Positions 48,601 through 59,957 of a stretch of 64,000 nucleotides of DNA are shown here, piece after piece. Under the pieces are notes generated by a model, which had not been told where the DNA came from, ran no database searches, and saw only the letters and a program-made list of their open reading frames with translations. Location of the stretch: positions 12,009,611-12,073,610 of the forward strand of contig CM119265.1 of NCBI GenBank assembly GCA_051294375.1, read 5' to 3'. Within the stretch, counting starts at the first letter, position 1. The number at the start of each line of letters is the position of its first letter. Made by a program: the position numbers and the translations under genes. Source of the DNA: Paraspadella gotoi (lineage: Eukaryota > Animalia > Chaetognatha).

Positions 48601-50582
48601 AAGCGAGCTTAGAAAGGCTTGTACTAGGGATATTAAGATTTGAGGCATGCAAATGAATAAAAGGCCTAGACTAAGGTTTTTGGTTGGGAGAGAGGTTTAG
48701 GGTTAAGGTTGAGTGGAGGCTTGCTAGCCACAAAGGCCAAGGCGCCTTTTATCTAATTCGCTGCTTTCTTTTGTATCATTTGGCAAACCTTTAAAGGCAA
48801 TATCTTGGCTTAAGGATTAAATATTTAAAATCCCTTAGAGAGTTCTATTTATATAACCAAATCATACTTTCTTATACAATCTTATTAGAATTTGTAAAGT
48901 AATTTGGTCAGGGACGATTTGGCTTAAAAAAACTAATAATTTCTAATTTGAAGTCTTTCTTAATAATAATTTTTTAACCTTATTTAAAAACCACAACAAA
49001 AAATTTAGTAATAAGGTTATTAATAACTTTATTTTGATTAATTTAAGTATGCTGGCTGAATAACAGCTCATTTTTTTTCCAAAAATCCTTATTTTTTAAA
49101 ACCGGAAGTGGTACGACGCAAAAACTGGCGTGGAAAATCCATCAAGAGCATTCAGGGAAATTTTTATTGTAATATTCGTTTTCTCCACTAAATTTGGCAC
49201 AAGAAACTTTGCAGGTATCAGGAACTTTCAAAAATGCATGGTATTTCTGGAGCTCTATTATATATTAATTTATATAACTGTTACTACTTGATCTTTTGTT
49301 ATTACAAACAAAGAAACATTGCAAATCTCATTCAATCAGCTGATTCTATTGTTACCAATTCCAAACATGATTCCATCTGGCTTAGAAACCATTCTATATA
49401 ATAATAACACTCAGTGGATCCCGAATTGGATTAATTTATTATTTATCACATTGTTACTGTTTGTTAATAATAATCTTTATTTTTACATTGTTTTGCAATA
49501 TAGATATTACAGATACTTGCTGGCTAAAGTAACTGGAATATCTATATGCTTTGATTATTTTATTAAGGTCTGATTTTAAACAATAACCAAGCAAGTTGGT
49601 TTAGACTCTTTTACAAGCAGCTTGGCGAATATCTCCAGACATTGGATGGCGTGACGCCAAGGCAACAAGAACTTCTTACGCCATCTACAAAGGAAAGTGG
49701 AAGAGAAGCAGGGAAAGGTAGGGGGTAAAAAAAATGGAAAGTGAAGACGTGAGATGAAAGAGGGTTAAAAAAAATGAAAAGCTGTGAAGAAGAAAGGTAA
49801 AGAGAAAGAATAACAGAGAGGATATGAGAAAAAAAATGGTAACAGATATTGTGGTGTCTTGTCTGATTAGTTTGCTCTAAGTAAAAGACACGAAAATTAT
49901 TATAGGGAATTCGATCTTTAAAAGTTTTCTGTCCCGGAAAATTCATACATACTTTTTTTAAAACTAAGGCAGTTAATGAGATTAGATTGATAAGCATCGA
50001 AGAAATCATGTCTTACCGTATTTTTAACTCAAAGAATTTTACCTGGGAAGTACTATATCATAAGAGGAAGATAACTATAGCCTACTGTTTTTTAAATTAA
50101 GAAAGATTCATACTAGTCAATGAGATCATCAGAGATGATCGTAAATTAATTTCAGATTCCATTGTCTAAAAGAGTTTGATTGTACGCGGCACCTTATAGA
50201 GCCAGGACCCGGTCCTGGCTCGATAAAAAGGCGATCGATAAGTTGGAACGCCGACGACGACAACAACGACGACGCCTACGCCACTTATGCGCAAAAGCGT
50301 TACGAGATTGCGACGATAAAAATCATTTTTTTTTACCTTCGGCATCTCTGGTGTCGTCAAATTCCACGAAGGCGTAACCGTTTTTGATGACGACATCGCG
50401 GAGACGTCCGTAACCCTGACGATTACAGGACAAGAATTAGAGATATGGCGTCAAATAAAATGAACATTATGCATATGCAGTGACGAAATTTGAACGGGGA
50501 TCGGACTTGCCTTAAAAAATTTGTCAAAGTCGCTTTCACGAACGCGATCGGAAATGCCACCGACGTAGATCCGCGTTCCCAT
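32724..50582 (-). CDS. SR splicing factor, SRSF4/5/6 (B52) family
   Basis: Exons 50582-50511, 50415-50337, 45048-44841, 33746-33594, 33500-33387 and 33272 onward; [37 protein letters not shown] and an RS domain; stop at 32813 unspliced or at 32724 if 32772-32855 is spliced. Confidence 0.95.
34125..34410 (-). mobile_element. 286-bp TG..CA-bounded insertion, tRNA(Met)-like head and twister-like body (second family)
   Basis: GC-rich island TGTGG..CTACA flanked by TATA; minus strand CTCATGA loop, GGTTCAATCC B box, TAAGCCGCC[hairpin]GCCTGGTTCCAAGCCCAG. Confidence 0.8.
34585..36650. repeat. Composite dispersed repeat; inverted copy at about 54620-54872 plus 61207-62006, split there by a hAT insertion
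   Basis: Shared AAAATCGAGTGACTCGAATATGCAAATGAG, GGAGGCCTTAAACCACCAAA and AGCTTTATTTTATGTAT blocks in reverse complement. Confidence 0.75.
38005..38750 (+). mobile_element. Older Penelope-like pLTR remnant with degenerate hammerhead (38673-38713)
   Basis: Similar to 40925-41373; ACG CTAATGA AGGCTC..GAGTC GAAACATGTC CGT with a core G>A change; inverted GAGCTCAAAATGAGC segment. Confidence 0.7.
38795..39915 (+). repeat. About 1.1-kb inverted duplicate of 43270-44380
   Basis: Long near-identical reverse-complement match, e.g. ATGATATCTGCATATAAATTTTATACGGATAAGAG. Confidence 0.88.
39647..39687 (-). ncRNA. Minimal hammerhead-like motif
   Basis: GACG CUGAAGA AGGCUU..AAGC GAAACAUAUACGU; the mirror at about 43506-43531 has lost the GAAA half. 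Confidence 0.6.
39963..40005 (-). ncRNA. Penelope-associated minimal hammerhead ribozyme
   Basis: AG CUGAUGA AGACUC..GAGUC GAAAC AU GUA CU. Confidence 0.85.
41317..41357 (+). ncRNA. Penelope-associated minimal hammerhead ribozyme (inverted pLTR copy)
   Basis: AGCTGATGAAGACTCGAACCAGCAGAGTCGAAACATGTACT. Confidence 0.85.
41386..44650. mobile_element. Foldback element with TIRs of at least 300 bp, flanked by TTAA
   Basis: TTAA-TAGACACATTTTAATCCGACA.. and ..TGTCGGATTCAAATGTGTCTA-TTAA. Confidence 0.8.
42299..43254. mobile_element. Nested MITE with about 200-bp TIRs and TA TSD
   Basis: ATGGTGACAATTTTACAAGCGCCGGTAGAA.. and ..TTCTACCGGCGCTTGTAAAATTTTCACCATG. Confidence 0.85.
45107..47055. mobile_element. 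Rearranged Helentron/DINE-like copy with internal inversion around a partial hAT MITE
   Basis: Same 5' end as 11312; about 45950-46185 is mirrored by about 46680-46935. Confidence 0.65.
47056..49257. mobile_element. Long-TIR element (left end truncated) with telomere-like internal repeats; related to 58422-60693
   Basis: GGATTTTCCACGCCAGTTTTTGCGT..CCACTTCCGGTT and its reverse complement at about 49100-49145. Confidence 0.8.
47502..48109. mobile_element. hAT-like MITE (TAAGGCGTAGT family)
   Basis: TIR TAAGGCGTAGT, 8-bp TSD CTAAACAG. Confidence 0.9.
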
Positions 50583-50887
50583 GGCTACCGATAAAAGGAA
50601 GTACCTGAGAAAATTCTGCCTCACAAAAACGCAATCAGCTGATTATACCCCACAACCCAAGAAGCTATAGAGAAATTAAAATCTATAGTAAAAGATATAA
50701 AGTTAATAATACAAAATAAACGTCTAAACAAAAAAAATTTTCACAGATTCCACTTACACCGGTTATTTACGATAGTATGACTGATTAGGTAATGACTAAT
50801 CAAATTATTGAAATATACGCAAAGTATAACTATTTAACGAATTAAATAAAAAAAATAATAAATATATTGTTCGTCCACAATATCATT

Positions 50888-51856
50888 TCACTGAAAACAA
50901 TCGATGCTTGTGAGTACTTTCTCCATTGCCATTTCAGAACAATTGATAGCGCCTCTTAAATTGTATCGGTTCTTGAATCTCTGTAGCCAGCCAGGATTGG
51001 CGTTAAAGGCTCCCTCTGGATAATCCAACGTCTTGGCAATCTCCATTGCTTTGGCTCGAACGGCGGGACCGAACACGGCCCCGTCGCCATAATGTTCTCG
51101 GACCCATAGGATGAGTCGATTTTCGATCTCGTAGTGCAACGGCGTCGTCTCTCGAACGCGATTCAGGTTGACCGACTTCAAGATGGTCTCCCTTTGTTTC
51201 TTTATGGTGGAGATGGTCGAGGACTGCAGACCAAAGAGTCTGCAGACTTTGGTCGGCTTCTCTCCGGCGTCGAGCATCTGAATGATCTTTCTTTTGGTGC
51301 CGAAAGTCAAGGCCGTTCTCGGTCTCTTGGCCTTCACCAAGGCCCTTGAATGTTTTTTTCTGTCCTTCAAAAAAGCGGCGCCGGGAAAGTCGACGCGAAC
51401 AGGACAATCCTGGGATTCTTTGATGCTGCAGGCGCCTTCGTCCTCGTCGCCACTCGTCGAACCGGAGTTTCGATCTACCGTTGTGGAAACCGGTTCGACT
51501 TTGATGAAGTCGTCGACGGAGACGCCGGGACGAAGAAACGACTCCACCTCTTTGTCTTTGCGAGCTTCGCCGGCGCCGACCCTTAGACGAACCGGCGGTG
51601 CCACGTCGAATTGGCCTCCATCGTCGGGAGAATCGTAAAAGGGAAGGAAGGAGGGAGGGACGGCGCTTGACTCAGTGTCTCCTTCTCTGTAGAAAAGCCC
51701 CGCTCGAACAAACTGGTTGCGGAGATGCGAAGTGGCGGCAAACTTCCGCCGCGATCCCGTCTTCACGATGCAAAAGAACTCATTGCCGGCGAGGAGGGAG
51801 AGCTTCTCCACGAACTCGAGAATGTGGTCGCAGAGGGCGGCTTGAAGCTGATTCAT
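50888..51856 (-). CDS. CENP-B/Tigger-type double HTH DNA-binding protein lacking a DDE domain
   Basis: 322-aa intronless ORF; RTALTFGTKRKIIQMLDAG..FGLQSSTISTIKKQRE (HTH-psq/CENP-B_N) and IENRLILWV..VRAKAMEIA..FNANPGWLQRFKNRY (HTH_Tnp_Tc5). Confidence 0.9.
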   Translation of the reverse strand: MNQLQAALCDHILEFVEKLSLLAGNEFFCIVKTGSRRKFAATSHLRNQFVRAGLFYREGDTESSAVPPSFLPFYDSPDDGGQFDVAPPVRLRVGAGEARKDKEVESFLRPGVSVDDFIKVEPVSTTVDRNSGSTSGDEDEGACSIKESQDCPVRVDFPGAAFLKDRKKHSRALVKAKRPRTALTFGTKRKIIQMLDAGEKPTKVCRLFGLQSSTISTIKKQRETILKSVNLNRVRETTPLHYEIENRLILWVREHYGDGAVFGPAVRAKAMEIAKTLDYPEGAFNANPGWLQRFKNRYNLRGAINCSEMAMEKVLTSIDCFQ

Positions 51857-54800
51857 CCTCAGCGTTGGGCAAAAGATGGACTGTTAAACTTGATAGACAA
51901 AAAATATTTTTCTAAAAATACAACAAACGTAAAAAATCGAAACGATGAAAAGTGTTTTTTACCAACGCATTTTCAATAATTTTTTATTGATCGTTTTGGT
52001 TTATTAATTAACTAATAAAATTTATTAAGACGTTAGGTAGGACTAATCAAGAATCAAATTCCGAAACTCGACCCCAAACCTTTTTTCATAATATTTTTAT
52101 ATTTTTGGATAGAGAATGACTGGAATAATGTAAATCTTAAGTTACGTCTAAATTAGTCTGGCAAGCTTCCTATGGGACGGGTTGGAATATCTTTACAAAA
52201 CCTTGGGAATATTACCTTGGTACCAAAATAAGAGATTTGAGATAGAACGATTTTATGTCAACAAAGCCAAAATGTTCGTAATAAAAATCGGGTTACTCCA
52301 ATATGCAAATGAGATTAACGTTTCACAATAATATTTTAATTTAATAAAAACTTATTAATCTTATATAAAAATTTAAATAAATATAATAAAATTAAATTAA
52401 AAAGCTAGTATATATATAGTTTGATCAGCAGTTGGATAAAAAAATAATATTAAGCACTAAAACAAACATGAAAATACTATTGCAATAAAGGTTTCTTGTA
52501 ACTTTATATTGAAAGATAGGGAGACAGTGAAGCAATGACAAAAAGCTATTGAGACAGAGAGATACAGTTCAATCAGTTTTTTGTTTTGCTCACAACCATT
52601 TTGGTACTGTTTATTTGAATCATATCAAAAAAATTTAATAGCACGGATTCTTCAGATACTTTCTTTTCCAGCGCTTTCTTCAATTAACTTCAGAGTAAGA
52701 GAATTCATGATTGTTTTTGTGATTCTCTCCGTCTTTGGCACAATTATTATCTTTGTTTTTTTGTTTTAAAAAAGACAACAAAGTTGAAAAAAAAGAACAT
52801 GCGGCCTTTGGCTTACCTGCAAAAAAGATAAAAATGTTTATTCCTTCTAAAAAAAAAAATAATTTTATGTAAGGTGATGGCAAACAAGAAGGTGAGGAAA
52901 CTTTATTCGTTTTGTTGGTGCTAAATTTTGTTTTATACATCACTAGGAAAAGAGTGAGCAATATCATTTTATTTGAGCTAATAAGATATGACAGTAAAAA
53001 AAATTAATATTATTTAAGAATTTTAATTTTAGGGCCATTTAGAGGTTAATAAAAAAAGCGAGGGTAAATCTTTCATTTGTCATGGGTGAGGTTCAGTTTT
53101 ATCAAATTCCAACTTTTATTGCTTTACACTATTATAAAGCCTATATCTAAAAATTATACTTTGGCTCAATCTGTATCTTTCTCTCTCCCTCTCTCTTAGT
53201 CTCTCTCTAATATTTCTTATTTGTTTCCAGAAAAAACTTTTATTCTTATTAAAAAATAACTTAAAAAAAAATATTAAAAGCATAAGGATAGTCGCAATCG
53301 CATAAGAAAAATCTGGATTTTGATACTAAAAACAAATTTGAGAAAAGAAAATTAATTTATAAACAGAAAGAAAAAAAAAGAATATTAAATATAAAACAGT
53401 AAAATAACTTATTTTAGAGTTTAATTTTTAGCAAGTGCTAAGTCTGGAGAGATATTATTGAAAGTACTTTTGTTTTACTTTTAGCAGTTTGATCGAATGC
53501 GACCTCTCTAAATACTGTCAACATTCCCAGACAAAAGACAAAGTGAAACTTGAATCAGACTGACAAAGTGAAGTAAAGACTAAAGTGAAGTAAAATAAAG
53601 TAAAGTAAAATAAAATAATAAAGTAAAAATATATTGAAAAAAAATATTATTCCGATTGATATTTAGAATATTTATGAAAAAAAATCTCGGATGTAAATTT
53701 GGGAATAAATGGCGATAATAAAAGTTTTTAGAAGGAAAAAATTAATCACAGAGAGAGAGAGACAGACAGAAAGAGAGAGAGACAGAGAGAGAGAGAAAAA
53801 AAAATCAAAAGGCACTAGCAGCAGCAGCAGGAGAAAAGAGAGAAAAAGAATAAGCCCCTGCAGAGCCAGCTGCAGACTCGTTTTTTTCCCTACGAATCAG
53901 TGACTTGGGAAAAGAGAGAGGAAGAGAGACATGTAATTAAAAAAAAAAAGAGAGAGATAAAGAAATATAAAAATAAAAGAGAGAAAATTGGTTTGTTTGA
54001 TAAAACATAAACAAAACATATTTAATAACTGTCCAGACTCAATTTTAAGCACATGAAAGAACCCCCTCCTCGACCTAGCGGAGAGGGAGAAGACGTCGGG
54101 AGAGAAACTGGACTGAAAACCAGGACCGCTGGCGCCGTAAAGTTTATAATAAAGTTTCTTATCCACTTGGAGTCTTGATATTTAATGGTACCTTAATAAA
54201 ATAATCAAAGCATATAGATATTCCTACAGACAATAATAATAATACTAACTAATAATAAAAGAAGCAATAGTAAATAAACAAACAAATCCATGAAGAAACC
54301 ACTAAGTGTCCATTAGGCATCCACAAACGTTTATTATTTTAGAGAAGAGTCCCGTTTCAGAGCCAAAATCTGGAATGACTGCAAAAGAGAGAAAGAGACG
54401 AATGTCGATATCTCCTATATTAAAAGAGCATCTGAGTTACGGTCGTCTGGACTTTACACACATCGATGATGAGAAACTGTATATAAATTTTCAGCTTCAT
54501 ACACCCAAATTTAATCATAAAAAAGGTGATCTATAATTTGGAACCCCGACGACGCCACTTATGCACAATAGCGTTACAATATCATCGCAAACGCTTAGCG
54601 ATTGCGACGATAATAAATCAAAATATTTAGCAAAAAATATAATTTTTGTACTTGCAAATACAATTATGCAAAATGATATTGTGGGAATGAATAAATGAGT
54701 TTGTGAAAGAGTCTTGATTGCAAGGAACTGCTCTGTCATTATCTTGTACACTACTGCGAAAAAAAACAAACCACTTTTCACATAAAAAAAAAACCGTATT

Positions 54801-55274
54801 GGATGGCTGAATTTTATAAAGATATATATACATAAAATAAAGCTTATTGAATGATAAAGCGATAGGTACAAGCAGGGATGTGGAGCCGACCTAATTTCGT
54901 CTCGGCTCCAGCTCCGGCTCCAGGCCAAATTTTTTTTCGGCTCCGGCTCCAGCAAAAATTTCACTCGGCTCCGGCTCCAGCAATCCATCGCTCCAACTAT
55001 ATATATAATATAAAAATTTAAAAAATTAAATATTCATAAATATATCTTTAAATCATTTAATTTTATATTTTGATTATATTTAATATTTATTTTATATTAT
55101 AATATATAATATATTTTAATATTAAAAATATATTATATAACTAATTATTTTTAAAAAATATTAGAATAATAAGCAAAATATTTTTTTTTATTTTTTGGTA
55201 ATATCCTCACTCTTTGATAATTTAACTGTGAATTATATTTAGCATTCTAATTAAAGTGATTTTACTTAAAACTC

Positions 55275-56000
55275 AGATTATGGTTAGGGTTAGGGTTTTA
55301 GGGTTAGATTAGGGTTGAGTTGGTTTGGTTTAGGGTTAAGGTGAGTTGGTAATAATTAGGGTTAGGGTTGAGTAGTTTTAGGGTTAGGGTTAAGGTTGAG
55401 GTAGTTTAAGGTTATGGTTAGGGTTAATGTCAAGTTTTAAGGTTAAGATAAACAAGAAGCCGGCATTAGGGTTAAGGAAGGTACTGGCAATGGATATTAG
55501 GGATTAAAGTTGAAGTACGAATATATGAGGGAGGCCCGGTCCCGGGTTAAGGTTAGGGTAAGGAGAAGAGGCATGGAGTTGAATGGGAGGCTTGGGTTAG
55601 GGTAGGGGGAGAGGCTTACTGTTGATGCATCAAAGGCGGTGAGGGTTAGGGTTGAGGAACAGAGATATATGGGAAGCCCAGGCCCGGGTTAGGGTTAGAG
55701 TTGGGAAAAAAGCATGGAGTTGAACACGGGAGGCTCGGGTTAGGGGAAAAGTTCATGGTTGATGCATCAAAGGCAGTTAGGGTTGGGTTGAGGCACAGAG
55801 ATGTACTGGAGGCCAAGGCCTAGGCTAGGATTAGGGGAGAGGAATGGAGTTGAACAAGAGGCCCGGGTAAGGGTTAGGGTTAGGAAAGCCCACAAATGGG
55901 TTAAGAGTTGAGGCATGGAAATGTATGGGAGGCCTAGGCCTGGTAAGGTTGAAGAAAAGCATGGGAGATGTACGGGAGACTTGGGTTAGGGTTTAGTTTT
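55275..56000 (+). repeat. Degenerate interstitial TTAGGG-rich array
   Basis: GGTTAGGGTTAGGG runs grading into longer higher-order units. Confidence 0.8.
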
Positions 56001-56732
56001 AAGGGAAGAGCCCACAGGTGATATATTTATCCCCATGTCTCAACTTCAGCCACAAGCTTTTTCTTTAACTTGCGCCTTTGATTATATTCATTACTTTTAT
56101 TACTGGTGAGGTCACCAGTGAGGGTATTGGCGACACAACCAGGGCTTTGCTGATATTGCCATAGTGAAGTCGCCAACCAACAAGAAACAACAATTGTGAC
56201 TCATGCGTGAATCGCCGGCAACATTGTTATTTGAATAAACTACAACCTAGAGGTTTGGGTGTGAAGCTCAGAAAATAAACAAAAAAGCCTGGGTACAAGG
56301 TGATACAAACAACAGCCTGCCGCTAAAAAAAATTGTCATTTGCAAATTTGTGAAGATATTTTTAATTCTAAAAGATTTTTTTATAGTAAAAACCTAAATC
56401 GATTTATATATCCAAATTTTTATATTGATTGGTTTGATTTGATTTAGCAATGGACCGCAGAAAAGTTGCTTTAAAAATAGTCTTTCATTTTTAAAACAAA
56501 TCTTTTAAATTTTTTTGTCTAAATTTATTAACATTTTTTTAAAAACTCTTACATTCTTTTATTGTTTTTTTGAATTATTTAGAGAGAAAACAAAAATTCA
56601 TTATTTGACAACAAATAATTTTGTTGTTTATTTAAATCAGATATGTTTCGACTCTATAACTTTCCGAGTCTTTATCAAGCATTTAAATTTACAAACTCAA
56701 TATTTAAAAAACTGAAATGTTTATAAATTTAA

Positions 56733-56778
56733 ATGCTGATGAAGACTATGAAGTCCTAGAGTGGAAAACATGTCCGAT
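56733..56778 (+). ncRNA. Degenerate hammerhead motif with decayed mirror copy at about 56636-56684
   Basis: G CTGATGA AGACT..AGTG GAAAACATGTC C. Confidence 0.5.
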
Positions 56779-59243
56779 TTAAATAAAACAAAATCATTGT
56801 TATCAAATAATAGAAATTTTTTGTTTTTCTCTCCAAATAAGAACTTTTATATAAAAAGGTATCAATATTAATATCTTTCTGAAAGCTCTTAAAAATTGTA
56901 AAAAGAATATATATTTAAGAATATTGGAAACATAAAAAATAAGATAATAAGATAATAAGATAATCCAAATTGAAATAGATAAAATCCTAAAATAATTTTT
57001 TAAATATCTGACGCCTATTTTACTATGATCTTACCAATTATTGTTATGTATAAGTAATGATAAAAAGTTTTAAGAAAAACTATATCAAAAATAACTAACA
57101 ATCAATTTAATAATTATTTCAACAAACTGGCTCTTAAAAATTTTTAATTAATATTATCTTAAGGCTAGATAGGACCTATATTTAAAATTACAGTATTTTT
57201 AGAATTATGTTCAATCTCTTTATATTTTTAAAGAGCTTTGTCAGAAAAGAATATTAATAATTGATACCGTTTTTAATATAGAAAGTTTTTGTAAAAAATA
57301 GGTATAGAAAAGTTATAAACAAGATTTGAAAAAAAAAATATTAAGGTTTTATAAAATGAAAACGACAATTGTTTGAAGACAAACTTATCCTGCCGCTGCA
57401 GTACCAAGGTCCAAAATCAATAAACCATAAATAAATGAATTTAGGTTTTTTATTAACAGAAAAAAGTTTCCAAATGAAAAATTTTTTACAAATGTTCAAT
57501 GTACTATTTTTTTTTATGCGGGCGGGCTGTTGTGTGTCGACCTTGTAGGTTAAAAATATTAGGTTAAGGTTTAGGCTTGGGCATAGAGAATAATAAGGGT
57601 TAGGGTTAGGCTAAAAAAAGATGGCCTGCTGTAAGATGAATAGTAAGATTATAAATAAAGATAAATCATAATTAGGGTTACGGGTTTTTATTGGAGGTTC
57701 CATTCAGGGTGAATGGGAAGGCTTATTATAGTCTCCCATTCTATTCATGCCAGTCGTTTAGCAAAGACCCTAAACTTGGCCAAATGCTTGTTTTGTCTAT
57801 GTCACTTAGTCCGACCCTTAAATATCTCAAAAAGGATTGAGTTAAGGATGCGCGCCCGAGTATGGTTATTCCTTTCAGGCATATAATATATTATGAAAGA
57901 AATAAACTAATATGATAAGTTTTATAGTATATTTTTGAATTCATTAATTAAAAAGTTAAAAATAAAAAGTATAATATTAAAGTAATTTAGTTTTTTATCT
58001 TTTAAATGAGATATCTTTCAACCATATTATGTAACAAAAATTATATAAAAAGTATATAATATTGTCGGTAGCGTGACCCTTTACCCTCAGATGTTGATAG
58101 AGAGCTATTTCATGTTCGATCGATCTGACTATGTTTGTTATCGGATTTACCTGAATTAGTAGAGAGTTGAGTTTTGAATTTATTCTATTTGATGAAACGT
58201 CCTTACTTTACAGAGCTAAAATATGAAGTGAATTACAATTCTTGCCTCTCTCTCTCATCGCTACTTTGTTTTGTTACATTTAAATCTTTGAACTAAAAAT
58301 ATCATTATATGTAATACATTGAAAGAAAATAAGAGAGAGACCTAACCTTTACAATTTAAACAAATTACGTGAAACTAAAAATATGGAGGAGGGACAAAAT
58401 TCTTAATAAAATAAAATACTGTAGACCTCCCAGAAATATCACACATTTTTGAAAGTTGTTGATTCTTGCAAAGTTTCTCATTCCAAATTTGCTGGAGAAA
58501 ACGAATATCAACCTAAAAATTTTTTTCGAATGCTCTTTATGGACTTTCCTCGCCACTTTTGGCGCGAACTACTTCCGGTTGAAAAAAGACACAGATTTTT
58601 GAAAGAACCAAGCAGTTATTCGGTCAGCATGCTTAGTAAATTAAATTATATTTACTTATAACGCTAATACTTAATTTTTTTTGTTTTGGTTCACAAATGA
58701 TGTAAAACGATAACAATTAAAAGACTATATATTAAAATTGCACATTTTTTTTACATAATCGGTTTTTGACAAGATTGTCAACTAATTTTAAGAAAATTTG
58801 TATACAATTAGAACTATTATGGGGATTATTCAACCCATGAGCCGACATGAACCCAAAGGGTCAATCAATGCCAAAAAAAATATATTTTTTTAAAATTTAT
58901 TATTTTTTTTCTTCTAAACAGTTTTTTAAATGTGGGTGGTGAATTTCTTTGAAAGTCAATATTTTGAAAATAAGAGAAAATGTTTTTTTTATTTTTGAAT
59001 TATGATTAAGGTTTGATTAAGAAAACGGCTTTTTCATTCATTGATGCTTAAAAAAATTTTATTCAAAAAATTAACGACTATGATTATAAACAATGAGTTT
59101 TAGTTATTAATAAAAAAGGACAAGTTTTGACTTTAATCCAAGCCTTCTTCAGCGCTAAAAGATGTCCGTTTTTAATACATAAAATTCAAAATTCAAAACA
59201 AAATAGAGAAAAAATATATTTTTTATTGTTTAAAAACAATGGT

Positions 59244-59433
59244 TGTGAGATATTTTGGTCTCACGCTCGCGAAGGCAAACATTCGAACGTTGCCCGTTCC
59301 GAATAGAAAAGACGTTTCTCATTTTCTGTGAAACTTTATTAGTCAAAATTCTACCGGAGACCCATGTAAAGACAGTCGGAACGGGCAACGTTCGAATGTT
59401 TCTCTTCGCGAGCGTGAGACCAAAATATCTCAC
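59244..59433. repeat. GC-rich hairpin or MITE with about 60-bp arms
   Basis: TGTGAGATATTTTGGTCTCACGCTCGCGAAG..TTCCGA and its reverse complement. Confidence 0.85.
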
Positions 59434-59914
59434 AGTAAAAACGGGTTTTTGAAGCGGGTACAACTTTGAGCTCTGAAGAGAAAAGTGAAAAAAAAAATAC
59501 GGACAACCGGACAGGTTCGGCTCTGATAAGAGCGCGAATTTGCTTCATGAAAATAAAAAAAATTTCACAAAGCAAATCGCGCTAAAGAAGGCTCTCATCA
59601 GAGCGGAAACATGTCCATTTTTTTTGCTTCACTTTTACATTTGTTTTTAAACAAGAAAAAACTTTGTATCTAAAACTTACCAACTACAACAAAACGAAAG
59701 AAATTACAATATAAAATCTATTTTTAATCAATAACCGCTGACTTCCCTCGTTATTTTGTTAAGTTAGTGATATCGGTGTAGGTTTATTGTAGATTCCCAA
59801 ACCTCAAAGTGGATTCCACATGCTTTGAACCTTCACATTTGATATGTCTTTAAAATTCGCGTTTTAATGCTTTTAATGGAGACGAATAATTTATTTGCAA
59901 CAATTTTATTATTA

Positions 59915-59957
59915 GACGAACATGTTTCAGCTCACAATTTGAGCCTTCATCAGCGTC
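59915..59957 (-). ncRNA. Minimal type I hammerhead ribozyme
   Basis: GACG CUGAUGA AGGCUCA..UGAGCU GAAAC AU GUU CGUC; all three stems paired. Confidence 0.85.

Noticed and set aside
55275-56000. True chromosome end
   Set aside because: Degenerate, internal to a TSD-bounded transposon and flanked by genes
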